A stretch of 64,000 nt of DNA from the human T2T-CHM13v2.0 reference genome, Homo sapiens. Position 1 is the stretch's first letter. Each line of letters opens with the position of its first letter. The notes under the pieces were generated by a model, which saw nothing but the letters and a program-made list of their open reading frames with translations, was not told the DNA's origin and made no database searches. Positions 35,622 to 49,208 of the stretch are shown one piece after another. The DNA lies in the NCBI RefSeq assembly GCF_009914755.1, contig NC_060926.1. One strand, written 5' to 3'. The translations under genes were made by a program, and so were the position numbers.

Positions 35622-37279
35622 TCAAATTATTTTTAATATAATTGTTTACTGCTATAATTTTCTCTCTTAGCACTGTTTTAGTGGTATCTCTTGCATTTAT
35701 ATATTGTGTTTTTATTTTAATTTATTTCAAAGTAAATTTTAATTTGTTTTCTATTTTTTTCTTGACCTATTGGTTATTTAGGAGGGCATTTAATTGCCAA
35801 GTAATTGTGAATTTTCCAAAATTTTTTCTGTTATGGATTCCTATTTAATCCCATTGTGATTGGGAAATATTCTTTGTATGATTTTAGTCCTTTTAAATTT
35901 ATTATGGCATGTCTTATCACCAAACATATGGTTTGCCCTGGGACTGTTCCATGTACACTTGAGAAGAGCAGTTGTTGCACGGAATATTCTATATATGGCT
36001 ATTAGTTATAGTTAGCTTATCATGTTGTTCAACTCTTCTACTTTTTTTTTTTTATCTTTTGCTTGTTTCTTCTATTATCAAAAGGGAGACATTAAAGTCT
36101 CTAACTATTACAGTTGAATTGTCTATTTTTATTTTAATTCTGTAAGATTTTGATTTATTTATTTGGGAGCTATATTGTTAGATGCATATATATTGATATT
36201 TGTTATGGCTTCCTGAGAGACTGAACTTTTTATTTTATAAAATGTCTTTCTTTGACTCTAGTAACAATACTTTTCATAAAGTCAATTTTTGTCTTATGTT
36301 AGTACATTCACCTCAGCTCTCTTTTGGTTATAGGTTGCATGGATAAGTTTTTCTTTTCTTTTATTTTCATTCTGCTTGTGCCTTTGAATCTGTTTGCCTC
36401 CTATAGAAAGCATATAGCTGGATTTTTATTAAAAAATTTATTTGGTCATTTCTGACTTTTGATTGGTGTGTTTGCTCCATCATCTTTAATGTAATTAGGA
36501 TTTACATCTGCCATTTTGCTATGTCTTTTACTCAGTACTTATTCTTCATCTATTGTTCAATTATTGCATTCTTTTGTATTAAATATCTTATAGTGGACCC
36601 TTTTAATCCCCTTGTTGTGTTATATATTTAACTAGTAGTGGTGGCCTTAAAAATTATAATTAACATCCTAACTTAAACTAGTTCATATTAATATTAACTT
36701 AATATCAATATTATATAACATTTTGCCCTTATGAAGTTCCATTTTCTCTTTTCTCCCTTATACTATTATACACTTCCATTTTCTCTTCTCTTCCTTATGG
36801 TATTATTACACCCTTATATGTTATAACACAGGGTTATAATCATTGCTTTATAAAGTGATTTTAAATCATATAAGAAAGAAGTTATGAAGAAAAATACACT
36901 TATAATATGCATATTTACCTATGAAGTTACATTTATTGGTGGTGTTCTATTTCTTCATATTACTGTCTATAGTCCATTCATTTCAGTGAAAAACTCCTGT
37001 TGGTATATCCTGTAGTCATATACGCTAGAGATGAATTCTCTCTTTGCTTCTTTGGGAATGTCTTCTCTTTCATTTTCAAAGGACAGTATCTCTGGAGATT
37101 GAATTCCTGGTTGACAGTCTTTTCTATCAACACTTTAAACACAATATTCCACTGTTTCTTGAGCCCCATAGTTTCCAATGAGATGCCACCCTTTGTACTT
37201 GATGAGTTGTTTCACTTTTTCTGGTGCCAAAATTATCTTTGTCTTTGAATTTTGATAGTTTGACTGTGATGTGTCTAGG

Positions 37280-39534
37280 TATATTAGTCCATTTTCACAC
37301 TGCTGATAAAGACATACTCCAAGACTGGGAAATTTACAAAAGAAAAAGGTTTAATTGGAATCACAGTTCTACGTGGCTGAGGAGGCCTCACAATCATGGC
37401 AGAAGGCAGAGAGGAGCAAGTTACATCTTATGTGGATGGCAGCAGGCAAAGGGAGAGCTTGTGCAGAGAAACTCCCATGTTTTAAAAACCATCAGATCTC
37501 ATGAGACCCATTCACTATCACAAGAACAGCACAGGACAGACCCACCCCTGTGATTCAATCATCTCCCACCTGGTCCCTCCCACAACATGTGGAAATTATG
37601 GGAGCTACAAGATGAGACTTGGGTGGGGACACAGAGACAAACCATATCATTCTGCTCCTGACCCCTCCCAAATCTCATATCTTCACATTTCAAAACCAAT
37701 CATGCCTTCCCAAAAGTCCCCCAAAGTCTTAACTCATTTCAGCATTAACTCAAAAGTCCACAGTCCAAAGTCTCATTCTAGACAAGGCAAGTCCCTTCTG
37801 CCTGTGAGCCTGTAAAACCAAAAGCAAGTTAGTTACTTCCTAGATACAATGGGGGGTACAGGCATTGGATAAATACAGTCATTCCAAATGGGAGAAACTG
37901 GCCAAAACAAAAACGCTACAGGCCCCATGCAAGTCTGAAATCCAGTGGAGCAGTCAAATCTTAACGCTCCAATATGATCTCCTTTGACTCCTTTTCTCAC
38001 ATCCAGCGCATGCTGATGCAAGAGGTAGGTTCCCATAGTCTTGGGCAGCTCTGACCCTGTGGCTTTGCAGGGTACAGTCTCCCTCCCAGCTGCTTTCATG
38101 GGCTGGCATTGAGTGTCTGAGGCTTTTCCAGGAGCATGGTGCAAGCCATCAGTGGATCTACTATTTAGGGTCTAGAGGATGGTGGCCTTCTTCTCACAGC
38201 TCCACTAGGTGGTGCCCCAGTAGGTACTCTGTGTAGGGGCTCCCACCCCACATTTCCCTTCTGTACTGCCCTAGAAGAAGTTCTCCATGAGGACCCCTCC
38301 CCTACAGCAAACCTCTGCCTGGGCATCCAGGCATTTCTATACATCTTCTGAAATCTAGGTAGAGGTACCCAAACCTCAATTCTTGACTTCTGTGCACCCA
38401 CAGACTCAACACCATATGGAAGCTGCTAAGGCTTGAGGCTTGCACCCTCTTATGCCACAGCCCAAGCTCTACATTGGCCCCTTTCAGCCATGGCTGGAGT
38501 GACTGCAATGCAGGGCACCAAGTCCCTAGGCTCTACACAGCCTGTGATGGGAGGGACTGCCATGTAGACTTCTGACATGCCCTGGAGACATTTTCCCCAT
38601 TGTCTTGGGGATTAACATTCAGCACCTCATCACTTATGCAAATTTCATCAATTGGCTTGAATTTCTCCTCAGAAAATGGGTTTTTCTTTTCTACCACATT
38701 GTCAGACTGCAAGTTTTTTGAACTTCTATGCTCTGCTTTCCTTATAAAACTGAATGACTTTAACAGCACCCAAGTCATATCTTGAATGCTTTGCTGCTTA
38801 GAAATTTCTTCCACCAGATACCCTAAATCATCACTCTCAAGTTCAAAGTTCCACAAATCTCTAGGTTAGGGGCAAAATGCCTCCAGTCTCTTTGCTAAAA
38901 CATAACGAGTCACCTTTGCTCCAGTCCTCAACAAGTTCCTCATCTCCATTTGAGACCACCTCAGCCTGGACCTTATTGTCCATCTCACTATCTGGATTTT
39001 GGTCAAAGCCATTCAACAACTCTCTAGGAAGTTCCAACCTTTCCCACATTTTCTTGTCTTCTTCTGAGCCCTCCAAACTGTTGCAACCTCTGCCTGTTAC
39101 CCAGTTCCAAAGTCACTTCCATATTTTCAGGTATTTTTTCAGTAGTACCCTACTCCTGGTAGGAATTTATTGTATTAGTCCATTTTCATGCTGCTGATGA
39201 AGACATACTCAAGAGTGGGCAATTTACAAAAGTAAAAGGTTTAATTGTACTCACAGTTCCACATGGCTGGGGAGGTCTCACAATCATGGTGGAAAGCAAA
39301 GAGGAGAAAGTCACATCTTATATGAATGGAAGCAGGCAAAGAGCTTTTGCAGAGAAACTCCTGTTTTTTAAAAAACCATCAGATCTCAGGAGACTCATTT
39401 ACTATCACGAGAATAGCATGGGAAAGACCCACCCCGTGATTCAATCATCTCCACTGGATCCCTCCCACAACACATGGGAATTATGGGAGCTACAAGATGA
39501 GATTTGGGTGGGGACATAGAGTCAAACCATATCA
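37280..39534 (-). mobile_element. Full-length THE1 (A/B-like) MaLR: LTR 37280-37649, internal 37650-39170, LTR 39171-39534
   Basis: Paired LTRs t.tattagtccattttca...aaaccatatca; THE1-int between them; 5-bp TSD ctagg/ctagt. Confidence 0.95.
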
Positions 39535-39545
39535 CTAGTTGAGTG

Positions 39546-39899
39546 TGTACTAGTTCATTCTCATGCTGCTATAAAGAATACCTGAGACTGGGTAATTTAT
39601 GAAGGAAAGGAGTTTAATTGAATCACAGTTCTGCATGGCTGGGGGTGGGGATCAGGAGACTTACAATCATGGCAGAAGGGGAAGCAGGCACATATTACAT
39701 GGCTGAAGGTGAGAGAGAGAGCAAAGTGGGAAGAGCCCCTTGTGAAACCATCAGATCTCACGATAACTCACTATCACAAGAACAGTATTGGGGAAACTGC
39801 TCCCGTGATCCAGTCACCTCCACCAGATCCCTCCCTCAACACCTGGGGATTACAATTTGAGATGAGATTTGGGTGGGGACACAAAGCCAAACCATATCA
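39546..39899 (-). mobile_element. MSTA/THE1D-like solo LTR
   Basis: tgtactagttcattctcatgctgctataaagaatacctgagactgggt...gccaaaccatatca. Confidence 0.92.
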
Positions 39900-42800
39900 G
39901 TGAGTTTCTTCTACTTGCAGATTATTCAGCTTCTTGGATGTGTAGTTTAATATTTTTTAATCGAATCTGGGAAGCTTTTAGCCACTGTTCTTCGTATGTT
40001 CTTTTCTTTCTCTCTGTCTTTACTTTCTGGACAACTGTTATGTGTATTTTGATATGCTTGATGATATTCCACAGATCTCTATGACTCTGTTCATTTTTCT
40101 TCATTTAGTTTTTCTTTCTGTTTTTCAGACAGTATAATATCTGTGATCTTATCTTCAGGTCTCATGATTCTTTTTCTGCCACTTTTAATCTGCTGTTGGG
40201 CAACTTTACTGAACTTTTTATTTCATGTATTGTATTTTTAAACTCTAGATCTTCTATATAGCTCTATTTCTATTTTTTATTCTTTATTGATAATCTCTAT
40301 ATGGTGAGATAATGTTCTTACACATTCCTTTAATCTTTTAGGCATGATTTTCTTTGGTTCCTTGAACACCCTTATAATAGTTGATTTAATGTCTTTATCT
40401 TATAAATGAAATATCTTGGCTTCCTCAGAGATTGTTTCTATTTACTATTTTGCCCCTAGTATATGAGCCATATTTCTCTGTTTATTTTATGTATTATATT
40501 GTTGAAAACTGTACATTTTAAATAGTAAAATGTGGCATTTCCAGAAATCAGTTATTTCCTTTCCAAGTTTTTTGTTGTTGTTATGTTATTTTCTTGTTTG
40601 ATAACTTTCTTGAATTAATTTTTACAACTTTACTTTTTTTGATACATGAAGCCACTGAAATCTCTGCTCAGTTAGCTTAGTGGACAACTAATAATTAGAT
40701 GCAAATTTTCCAAATTTCCAGGAACCAATTATTATCTCAGCCTTTGCTGAGAGGTTGTGCATGGGTGTTGAGTTCACCTTCAACACTCTGACAGTTTACA
40801 ACTCTACCTTAGCTTTCAATTCCTGATGTGCATAGGCTCAACTTCAGTCAGAAGTGAGAGATTAGGATCTTCTTTGGTTTTACCTGGACATCTTTACAGC
40901 CCTACACACATATGTGGCCTTTTAGGTTTTTAGGAATATGTTGGAACTTTTCAAAGCCCCCAATAAGCATCAAATTATTTTAAGTTTTCTTTTAGGTTTC
41001 ATGACCTGCCTATTGTTTCCTTTGTCTGGTATATTTACCTCAGGCAACTGTAATGTTAAAGAATTGCCACTGATTGTTTTCAACAAACACCTTGGGGAAA
41101 GGGCTTTTCCCACTGAGTGTTGCATCAGGTCAGTTAAAGACTGGTCTTCTGAATATGATTTTCCACAAAATTGCCAGAAAGTCAAATAATGACAATTCTC
41201 TGAGGATGGAGCTTTTGGAGAAGCTCCAAACCAATTCTTCCCCCAACCCCCACCCCACCCAGTGGCTGTTAGCCTGGTGGTTGTCACAGGTTTCATAGTT
41301 TCATAGTTGTGAGGCTGCTGGGTTTCAAGGCTATCACAGAGTTGGGGTGGGGGCAATGGGAATACAGCAAGTTAAAATGCCACAAAGCTTAGTATTTTTA
41401 CAGAGAATCATCTGTTTCTCCTGAATATGTGCTCCTGGAATTGTTGCAAACCTTTAGCTATTTTCTAGAGTTCTAAAATTGTTGATTTTGACAATCTTTG
41501 CCAGGGTCTTCACAGCTTTTATGGAAGAGCAGATTCTCAGAGGTCCTTACTTTACCATTCTGGAAATGCTTCCCACTATTTTTAAACTTAACATAAATAC
41601 AACATAAATCTTAGATTACAAACTCAAATTATATGAGGAATATGTGTATTTTTTATTTTTTAGAAACAATTTACTTTCTATTATAAGTTCAGATCCTTCC
41701 ATGGTGATTAAAATTTAGTCTCATTCAATATACATAAACTGTTTTCTTATATTCTTGTGTAAGAACCTTGGGAGTTGTTTAATGTCAAGTTGGGGAAAAA
41801 AGTATCTGGTCCTTCATCTTGTTCCATGTATGCTAATAACCACTGAGATGCTCATTGATCCTTAAAATCTTCATGCTTTAGTACATTTATGTAATCACTA
41901 AGACATTCCAGCCTGTGTAGTCCTTTAGGTCCAGACATGCTGTATGCTATGCCATGCCCTCTGTGTTCTCAGGAAATAATGAGATGTTCTCTAGTCATGT
42001 TGGGATGTGAGATCCCTATAAGGTAACACTTACTAAGACAAGACAAGAATTATTTCTTCTGTGAGCTATTCCATCCCTTCTGAGGGCACTGTCTAAATGA
42101 TCTTAGTCTCCTTAAATCTATCAGGTCGGGGAAGTTTGTCATCCCCTGAATTTCTGGAAGGGCAGGACACAGAAACTCAAATATCTGGGCTCTTTTTGCT
42201 TTTCCTTTTATCCTCATCCTGTTCCAACTGGGATTAGTCTCAGAGTGGAAGCTTTCCTCTGATTCGATTTGTATTCTTCCAAGTTCATTGTATATACCCT
42301 GAGTCCTTCTCATCTACTTTAGAGCCTGGGCTTTTGAAATTAAACCATGAAAATAATTTCCTTCTTCTTTGTTAGCACTTTCCCTCCTTGAGATAAGTTC
42401 AGAATTGCCTAGCTGGTATCTAAATTCATAAGAGTTAAAGGACAGCCAAATTAGGTATATCTGAGAAAAAATGGTTGATGTTTCCAAAATATTATCTTAT
42501 CACACTAAGAACAACATCTGCACATCTGACAATCCACAGCCAGTTTCTGTTTTCACTTAAGGAGATGTGTTTAAACTACAGAAAAAGTAATTTAAGTAAG
42601 TTATGTTGAAGAAGATTTCACAAAAATCAATACTCAGAACTATTAATTGAAATGTTAACACAATCTTTCCTAAATGGAATGGTGACCTCTTCAGTCCTTT
42701 CTCTCTATATACTTTACGCCATTGTAGAGTGGCACATTGAAGGAATAACGAAGCAGGTTTGGATTCAAACGCACTCTTACCTGAAAGAACTATATTTATT

Positions 42801-43719
42801 ATTCAGACATGGGTGTACAGTGGAAAAAGAAATATTCTTTAAATTATATATGCAAAACCTCTCTCTTCTCTAACATTATTATTACAGGTCACTTTTATCT
42901 TCATTTTTATCATTAACAGTGAAGTGGAAGTGATTCAACTTACCTTTCCAATCTACTTTCAACCTCCAATTCTTTGAAGTAATTAATTAACTGTATCTAT
43001 ATTTATACACATAGAAGTGTAGAAAGTTTGCTATTTTAAATAATCTTAGAGACCCCTTTGCATAGAGCAAAATATCCTTATGTACAATACAAAGCACACA
43101 CCCACTGTATTTTTGCTTTTGTAATGCCTGTTTTTGTTATAGTAATAGTTCATAAAGCACATCTACATTCACAGTAATTCTTGATTTTATTTTTTGTGCA
43201 GACTCATAAAACTTGAATCAAAGCAGACTTGCTTTGTTTGTATTCAGATTATACCCAATGTTTTACACAGATCACACTGGACCATCCAGACAACCTCACC
43301 CGAACAGAGTTATAATCTGTCTACACTCACTATTTCAAGTATTCTAGGGACTAGATGAGGAGCTGAGTAAGGGCCTGGCACACCTTCTCCTTCCTCTTTA
43401 CCAAACACGTTAGACATTTCTCCTTGGAAGCAGAATGTATTTGATACCCGTCTTTAAAACCTCATCCACTTATGATAGTCTTTTTTTTTTTCTGTTTTCT
43501 GTGTCTCAGAGGAAGAATTTACCAGTTTTCAACCCTACTGCTCTCTTCTATTATTCTTCTAATATCTCTGTGCTTCCTGTCCACCTTCCCCTTACTTCCC
43601 CAAACAGTTCATAGAACCCTTCAGCTACGTCCATGAAGAAATGCAGAGGTCCAGTGGAAAGAGCACTGCATTTTGTTCTCACATGGACCACACTTCTATA
43701 TAAATGTGTATAATTAGGT

Positions 43720-43880
43720 CTTAGAATCATAAAATGTTATGTTGAGGAGGGGCCTTAAAGTCTGTAAACTTAATCTTGTGACTGTAGACAAGTAAGATCA
43801 CAGAAGCCAGCACGATCAAGTAACTTACTCAAGATCACAAACCAGGGAATAATGCAGCCAGAACTGGAGTTTCCTTATTC
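43720..43880 (-). mobile_element. MIR/MIR3 fragment
   Basis: tagaatcataaaatgtta...ggggccttaaag...aagtaacttactcaagatcaca. Confidence 0.55.
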
Positions 43881-44029
43881 CCCATAGGGCACTCTTGCAT
43901 GTATGAAATTCTCCTGAGTCTAAGCTAATCTTCTCTTGTTTATTAGATGTCTAAATATCTCCCATGTAAGACCCTGCCAATTCACCAACCTAACTCCTGT
44001 TTTCAGATGACTTCTTTATCACTTCTATA

Positions 44030-44462
44030 GAGGCTAAGAAAACTTAAATACTCACTCAAATTCCTTTGCTTATGGAGATCTCTGGCTACATGACACAATT
44101 TGACTGGTAAAACATGAATGGAAGTCTGTTGGTGGGAGGTATAACTTCTGAAAGGGATTTATATGTTTATAAAAAGTACAGAGGACCTGGCATTACTATT
44201 TCCCTTCCTCCATTACTCCCTGCTCTGAATCCTAATACAACGCTGAGAACTTCAGCAGCTCTCTTATAACTATGAGGAAAAACAAAAATGAAAAAAGAAA
44301 AAAAGCAAACTGCACAGATACTAACCCTTACATCATTGAACAGTTTAATGAATATCAGCAGCCACTTAATACAGACATCCTGTTTTATGAGAAAAAAAGT
44401 GAATTATTTCAGCTACAATGTCAGATTTTCTGTTATTTTTCGGCCAAAATCTTCCTAACAAA
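44030..44462 (+). mobile_element. MLT1J/K-like LTR
   Basis: catgacacaatttgactgg...ggaagtctg; cagcagctctcttataactatgagg; end ttttctgttatt...cttcctaac. Confidence 0.6.
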
Positions 44463-45260
44463 TAAAGTCAATTTGAAAAATCAAATGAAGTGACATAAAG
44501 GTGTCTATGTGTGTATATGCAAATTTAAAACTTTATTCAAATATTCAGTGTTATTTTTAAGACTAAAAATATCTGCCAACTGCATATTTAAAATATAACT
44601 ACGGCTTTTTAAAATCTTTGCTTATTTTGTCTTTAAATATATTATGCAAAGGTGTGAGGTATTACTCTACAAGTTCTTTATAGCTCAGTTGTTGGAAATT
44701 CAGAATGCATTCTTTTCTGGAAATTCTATGTAACACATAATTTTGAAGTTTCTGAATCCTGCAATAATGTAGCTGTGATATGGTGTTAGTCACAGTACTA
44801 TAAAATATTATTACCCAGTTTTTATGGGAGAATATGTTAAGAGTTAGAACTTACGTTGCCACACATGTCCCTTTTTCTCTGGCAGAATATCCATCAGGAG
44901 GGTTTAATATTCCCCTCCACTCACCATCACACCTATTGCACAATGGAAGCTCCAAGCCACTGGCCATAGTCCCATAGCTTGGGGAAATGTGTAAGAAGTC
45001 ATACCTGAAGAACTAAGGTTTTGCAGTGGAATTTGGTACAGGGCAACAGGAACGTTTCTCAGTCAAGGTCACTCCTTGCCAAAGATCATTAATCTAAAAG
45101 AAAGAATACTGCCCTGAAGAATATTTCTATGCTTGGAAATGAGGAAAGTAGAGTCAAAGGTGAGGGAAGCTCACCTTTATTTATTTATTTATTTATTTTA
45201 CTGTAGCTGACTTTTCAAAGCCCAGTACTGAGGGAGAAGCAGAGATAGAAAAATGGGTTT

Positions 45261-45572
45261 GGCTGGATGTGGTGGCTCATGCTTGTAACCCCAGCACTTT
45301 GGGAAGCTGAGGCTGGCAGACATTTTGAGCCTAGGAGTTTGAGACCAGCCTGGGCAACATGGTGAAACCCTGTCTTTACTATGAATACAAAAATTTGCCA
45401 GGTGTGGTGGCATGCACCTGTAGTCCCAGCTATTTAGAAGGCTGAGGTGGGAGGATTGCTTAAGCTTGGGACATGTAGGTTACAGTGAGCCAAGACTGTG
45501 CCACTGCACTCCAGCCTGGGTGACAGAGAGACCCTGTCTCAAAAAAAAAAAAAAAGAAAGAAAGAAAGAAAG
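45261..45572 (+). mobile_element. AluJb-like, full length
   Basis: Complete dimer, ggaggattgcttaagc, A/GAAA tail; degenerate TSD agaaaaatgg/agaaagatga. Confidence 0.95.
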
Positions 45573-47004
45573 ATGACTGTTAGGAGGTTGTGCAGAGGCT
45601 ACTGGGTCAGGAAGGAACACACACTAGGGATGCCAGCATGATGAGAGCCAGACAAGTTCTTGTAACAATGGGTCTTGATTGGTCCTCCCTTGCAGGGGTA
45701 GTGGGGAGGGGGCAGGAAATTTGTATGTAAGATCCAACTGGAAGTTGTTGAGTCCTTCCTTATCAGATGGAAATGGATGCCCAATTTCGGTTTGGCAATT
45801 CAATCATATTGCCAATGCACTGTTATCAATAGTGGCCTGGGAGTTCCAATAATTCCATCAAATTTCTTTTGTTTTTAAAGAAGGTAATCTTAAGAAGAAA
45901 ACTTTAATTTCATATTTCATGACACTGTTACTTAAGTTCAAACTGCACCTGCATTTTGAGAGTGCAGTTTGCCATGTGCTTGCCCAGTACCTAGATTTGT
46001 TGATGAAAGACAGCACCTCACTTCTGCCCCTTTCCTTTCCCTCATCTAGCTATTCTTTGCTATTTATTTGTGTGTATACTTGACCTCCCATTTAGCATCT
46101 TTTCAAAAAATTAATGTAGTACTCAGACAGAACTTTATATATAAAAAAGGTAAACAAGTATTATGACAGGGAATAAGAGGAAGTGAAAGAGATAAGTGAA
46201 TTAAAAGGTTTTTCTCTCTGGACTCAGATGTGTCCTCCCAACTGTGACCATTATAAAGGGTTTCCCTATAAAATCTAACTCCCATAGGGAACTTAAAAGC
46301 AATTAAAATAACATTAGTGTTTTTCATAACTTTTTAATGCTTTTATGCATGTGATAAATCCTTACTAATTATTGAAAAGTTATTTGTATTAAGATTTCAA
46401 AGCAGAGATAATCTGTGCAATTTAGAATCCTAAGCCATCAGCAGGAAACTGGCTAACAAAACCAGAATTCCCTTGCCAGCCTCTCCAGTTGCATCAGTGA
46501 ACCTCAAACAGGATCCTTCACTGGCAAATATTAGCTTATTGCAGTTTTAAAATAAATAAATACCTTGAGCAAATGTGCAGTGACACCAAAAATTAGTTTT
46601 CACAAACTGACTAAATATAGTATCTGTTGGGAAAAGGTAAATGAGTTCTAGTGGAAAAAAAATACAGAGTTCTAGAATGGAGGGCATACAAGCATACATT
46701 TCTGTAAATGGATGAAAAATTTTACTGTGATCTGAATGTAATCAACATTCAAGGCTCATTGTATGGAAAGAAGAAAGACAGAGGCTTGCAGGGCAATTTC
46801 CTCAATTCAGCTCAGTATCAATTTTTTGTTTTGGAGCACAGAATGCCCCACAGCACATGCTAGGCATCCAAACCATAGGGCTGATTCCTCAACTCCTCTG
46901 ATGAACTAACATGTGATGTGCTAACCAGACAAGGTTCTAAAGGCAAGTTATAGAAAATGTGGTGAGGAAGGTTACTGAAGTTTCCAGAGTGACATAAGGA
47001 AAAT

Positions 47005-47140
47005 TTCAGAGGTGGAAAGGTCCTTAGAGGTCACCAAAGTACAACTCTGTCATTTTAAGGATAAGGAAATTGAGTTCCAGAAACATCAAGTGACTTGCTC
47101 AAGGCCATCCATCCAGGGAGTGTCAGAACCCAGGGTAAAA
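47005..47140 (-). mobile_element. MIR fragment
   Basis: cattttaaggataaggaaattgag...aagtgacttgctcaaggcca. Confidence 0.65.
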
Positions 47141-48604
47141 GGATGTCTCAGCTTTTGAGGAAATATTTCTTGCATACGTCATATGAATGACAGAAGTATA
47201 CTGAAAAGCATATTAGCAAACAAACCTTCTATTAATACTTTGAACATAGTACTATGGAGGTGGTGATCTGGGGACAAATCTGGGTTACCTTAGACAAACA
47301 TTCAAACTCTTTGGCAGCCCCTTTTCACCAGGGGCTAGAAATAGATGATGCCAATCTGAGAATAAATATAAGACTCAGGAACATCACGTGAGTAATCCCC
47401 AATCAGATAATTAAGAGTTGTCTGTATGTGTCACCAAGGTCCCTTGATAAATTGTGCCCCACCTGAAAGCTGATAGCTGAAAAGAATTAGATTCCCTATA
47501 TGAACATAGTCTGTCTGACTAAGGTGTAAAATAACCATAACCAAGTATCCAGAATCATTTTCTAGGCTGGTTCAGCGATGACAAGTGAGTAACATCAGTG
47601 CCCTTAGCAATAAAAGGAAGCAGAGAGCAAGCAAGTCAATGTAATTATAAAGTTTGCCAAAGTTCTGTTTAAATCCATTAAGTGCAATAAGCCAGCTCAG
47701 CTGACATCTACCTGCACAATCAGAAGATTATTATTTCACTGCTATATTTTACAGGGAGTAAACAGTAGAAAAGAGTGTGGGGACGGTTTATGATTGAGTC
47801 CAATCACAGACGTTCATCAGAGAAAGGGCTCGGCTTCTGAGGAAGACTGCAGTATGCAGACAGCTGCCCACGGGTGAAGAAAGGAGAAGTTTGCAGAGAT
47901 GGAGTTCCAGTTAATGACCTATTTATGATGAACAACATGAATTTATTAACCTGAAATCAGTGCATTAAAAAGCAAAATATGTTTCCATTCATTATATCTT
48001 TATTTTGCAAATTGCAACAAAGGTGCTTCTCATAAATACGTATTCACAAAAAAACACCCACACACATACATAAATACACACCAACAACCCCAGTAGTGAA
48101 AATAGGGGCGGGGGAAAGTAGAAAAAGACAGAAGACTCAACACGTGGTAGTGTTAGAAAGGTTCAGGCTGCGGAGGGATACAAGAACAAACAGGAAAACT
48201 ACTTTTGGAGTCAGGCAGCTCCTTGACTCTTTGTCTTCTCTGTTATTCATGTTATGCCCTATCATAAAAGACAAATAATGAATTGAGATACATAAATCAG
48301 CTTTGTGCTTATGGTTAAGGTGTTGTTTATATGGCTAGTATTTAGCCTGACCTTTGCTTAATTGTGGTTTGTTTGTCTGTAGAGTCTCAAATTTCAAACC
48401 AGGAAGCATGTTGCTGAGAACCATCTGTTTTGGAGGGAGAAGAAACAGTATCTTCTCCCTCGTATGCAGTTTTGCTTGGTAAGCCTTCAGGCAGTACAGG
48501 CCACGGATTTGAGGGTCCCGGGAGGAATTGAAAAAGTTACACATTTGTCTACAACTTGTCAGGCTATTCCTAGGGGTACCCACCAACTTTCTGTTTCTTT
48601 TACA

Positions 48605-49145
48605 GAAGAGGCAGCAAAATATGATGGTTAAGAACATGGACCCTGGAGCCCAACTGCTTGGGTTCAAATCTTTTCTGTGCCTCAGTTTCTTCATCTATAA
48701 AATGAAGATAATTAGAGTAGAATTCTTAAATTTGGTTGTGAAGATTAAACTAACACGTGCCAATTACTTATCACACACTAAATTAGGCCTGGTTCATACC
48801 TAATGTCAATGTCTTGCTGCTTTCCTTCAGATCTTTCCATCTGCTTAGCACAATTAAATATATTCTGACACAGATTGCGGAATTGCAAGACTTATCTTTA
48901 TGTGATTAAGAGCACAAATGCTAAGCCAGCATCCACCTGGACTAGAATACTGGCTCCACCCTTGGTAACTCCATGATTTTTGTTAACCATTTCCAAGACT
49001 TAGTTTTTTAAATTAGTAAATAAAAAAATAAGATCTGCCCTTCAGAATTACTGGGAAGGTTAAAAATGATTGATGTATTTAAAGTACTCAGCATGGTAAT
49101 CTGGCACAGTATGTTCTCAGCAAAAGAAACTGTAGAATTATTATT
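48605..49145 (+). mobile_element. Two tandem MIR copies (48605-48800, 48900-49145)
   Basis: ggttaagaacatggaccctggagc...ctgtgcctcagtttcttcatctataaaatg; gtgattaagagcacaaatgct... Confidence 0.7.
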
Positions 49146-49208
49146 TTTATTATATCCTAGAATTGTCAGACTAGAAGTAAATCTAGATATCTAGTTGAAT
49201 AAACACAT

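Larger units (their letters stand above)
28760..41573 (-). mobile_element. Near-full-length ancient L1 (L1MB-like) with nested elements
   Basis: Antisense 3' end agctttattgagg at ~28771; ORF2 remnants (ORFs 29024-29239, 33300-33530); ORF1 remnants (36978-37178, 39922-40104); 5' end ...ggtccttactttaccattctggaaatgcttccc. Confidence 0.8.

Noticed and set aside
30717-39903. Dense ORF clusters at 30.7-32.7 kb and 37.2-39.9 kb
   Set aside because: Broken reading frames of MST/THE1 internal and LTR sequence.
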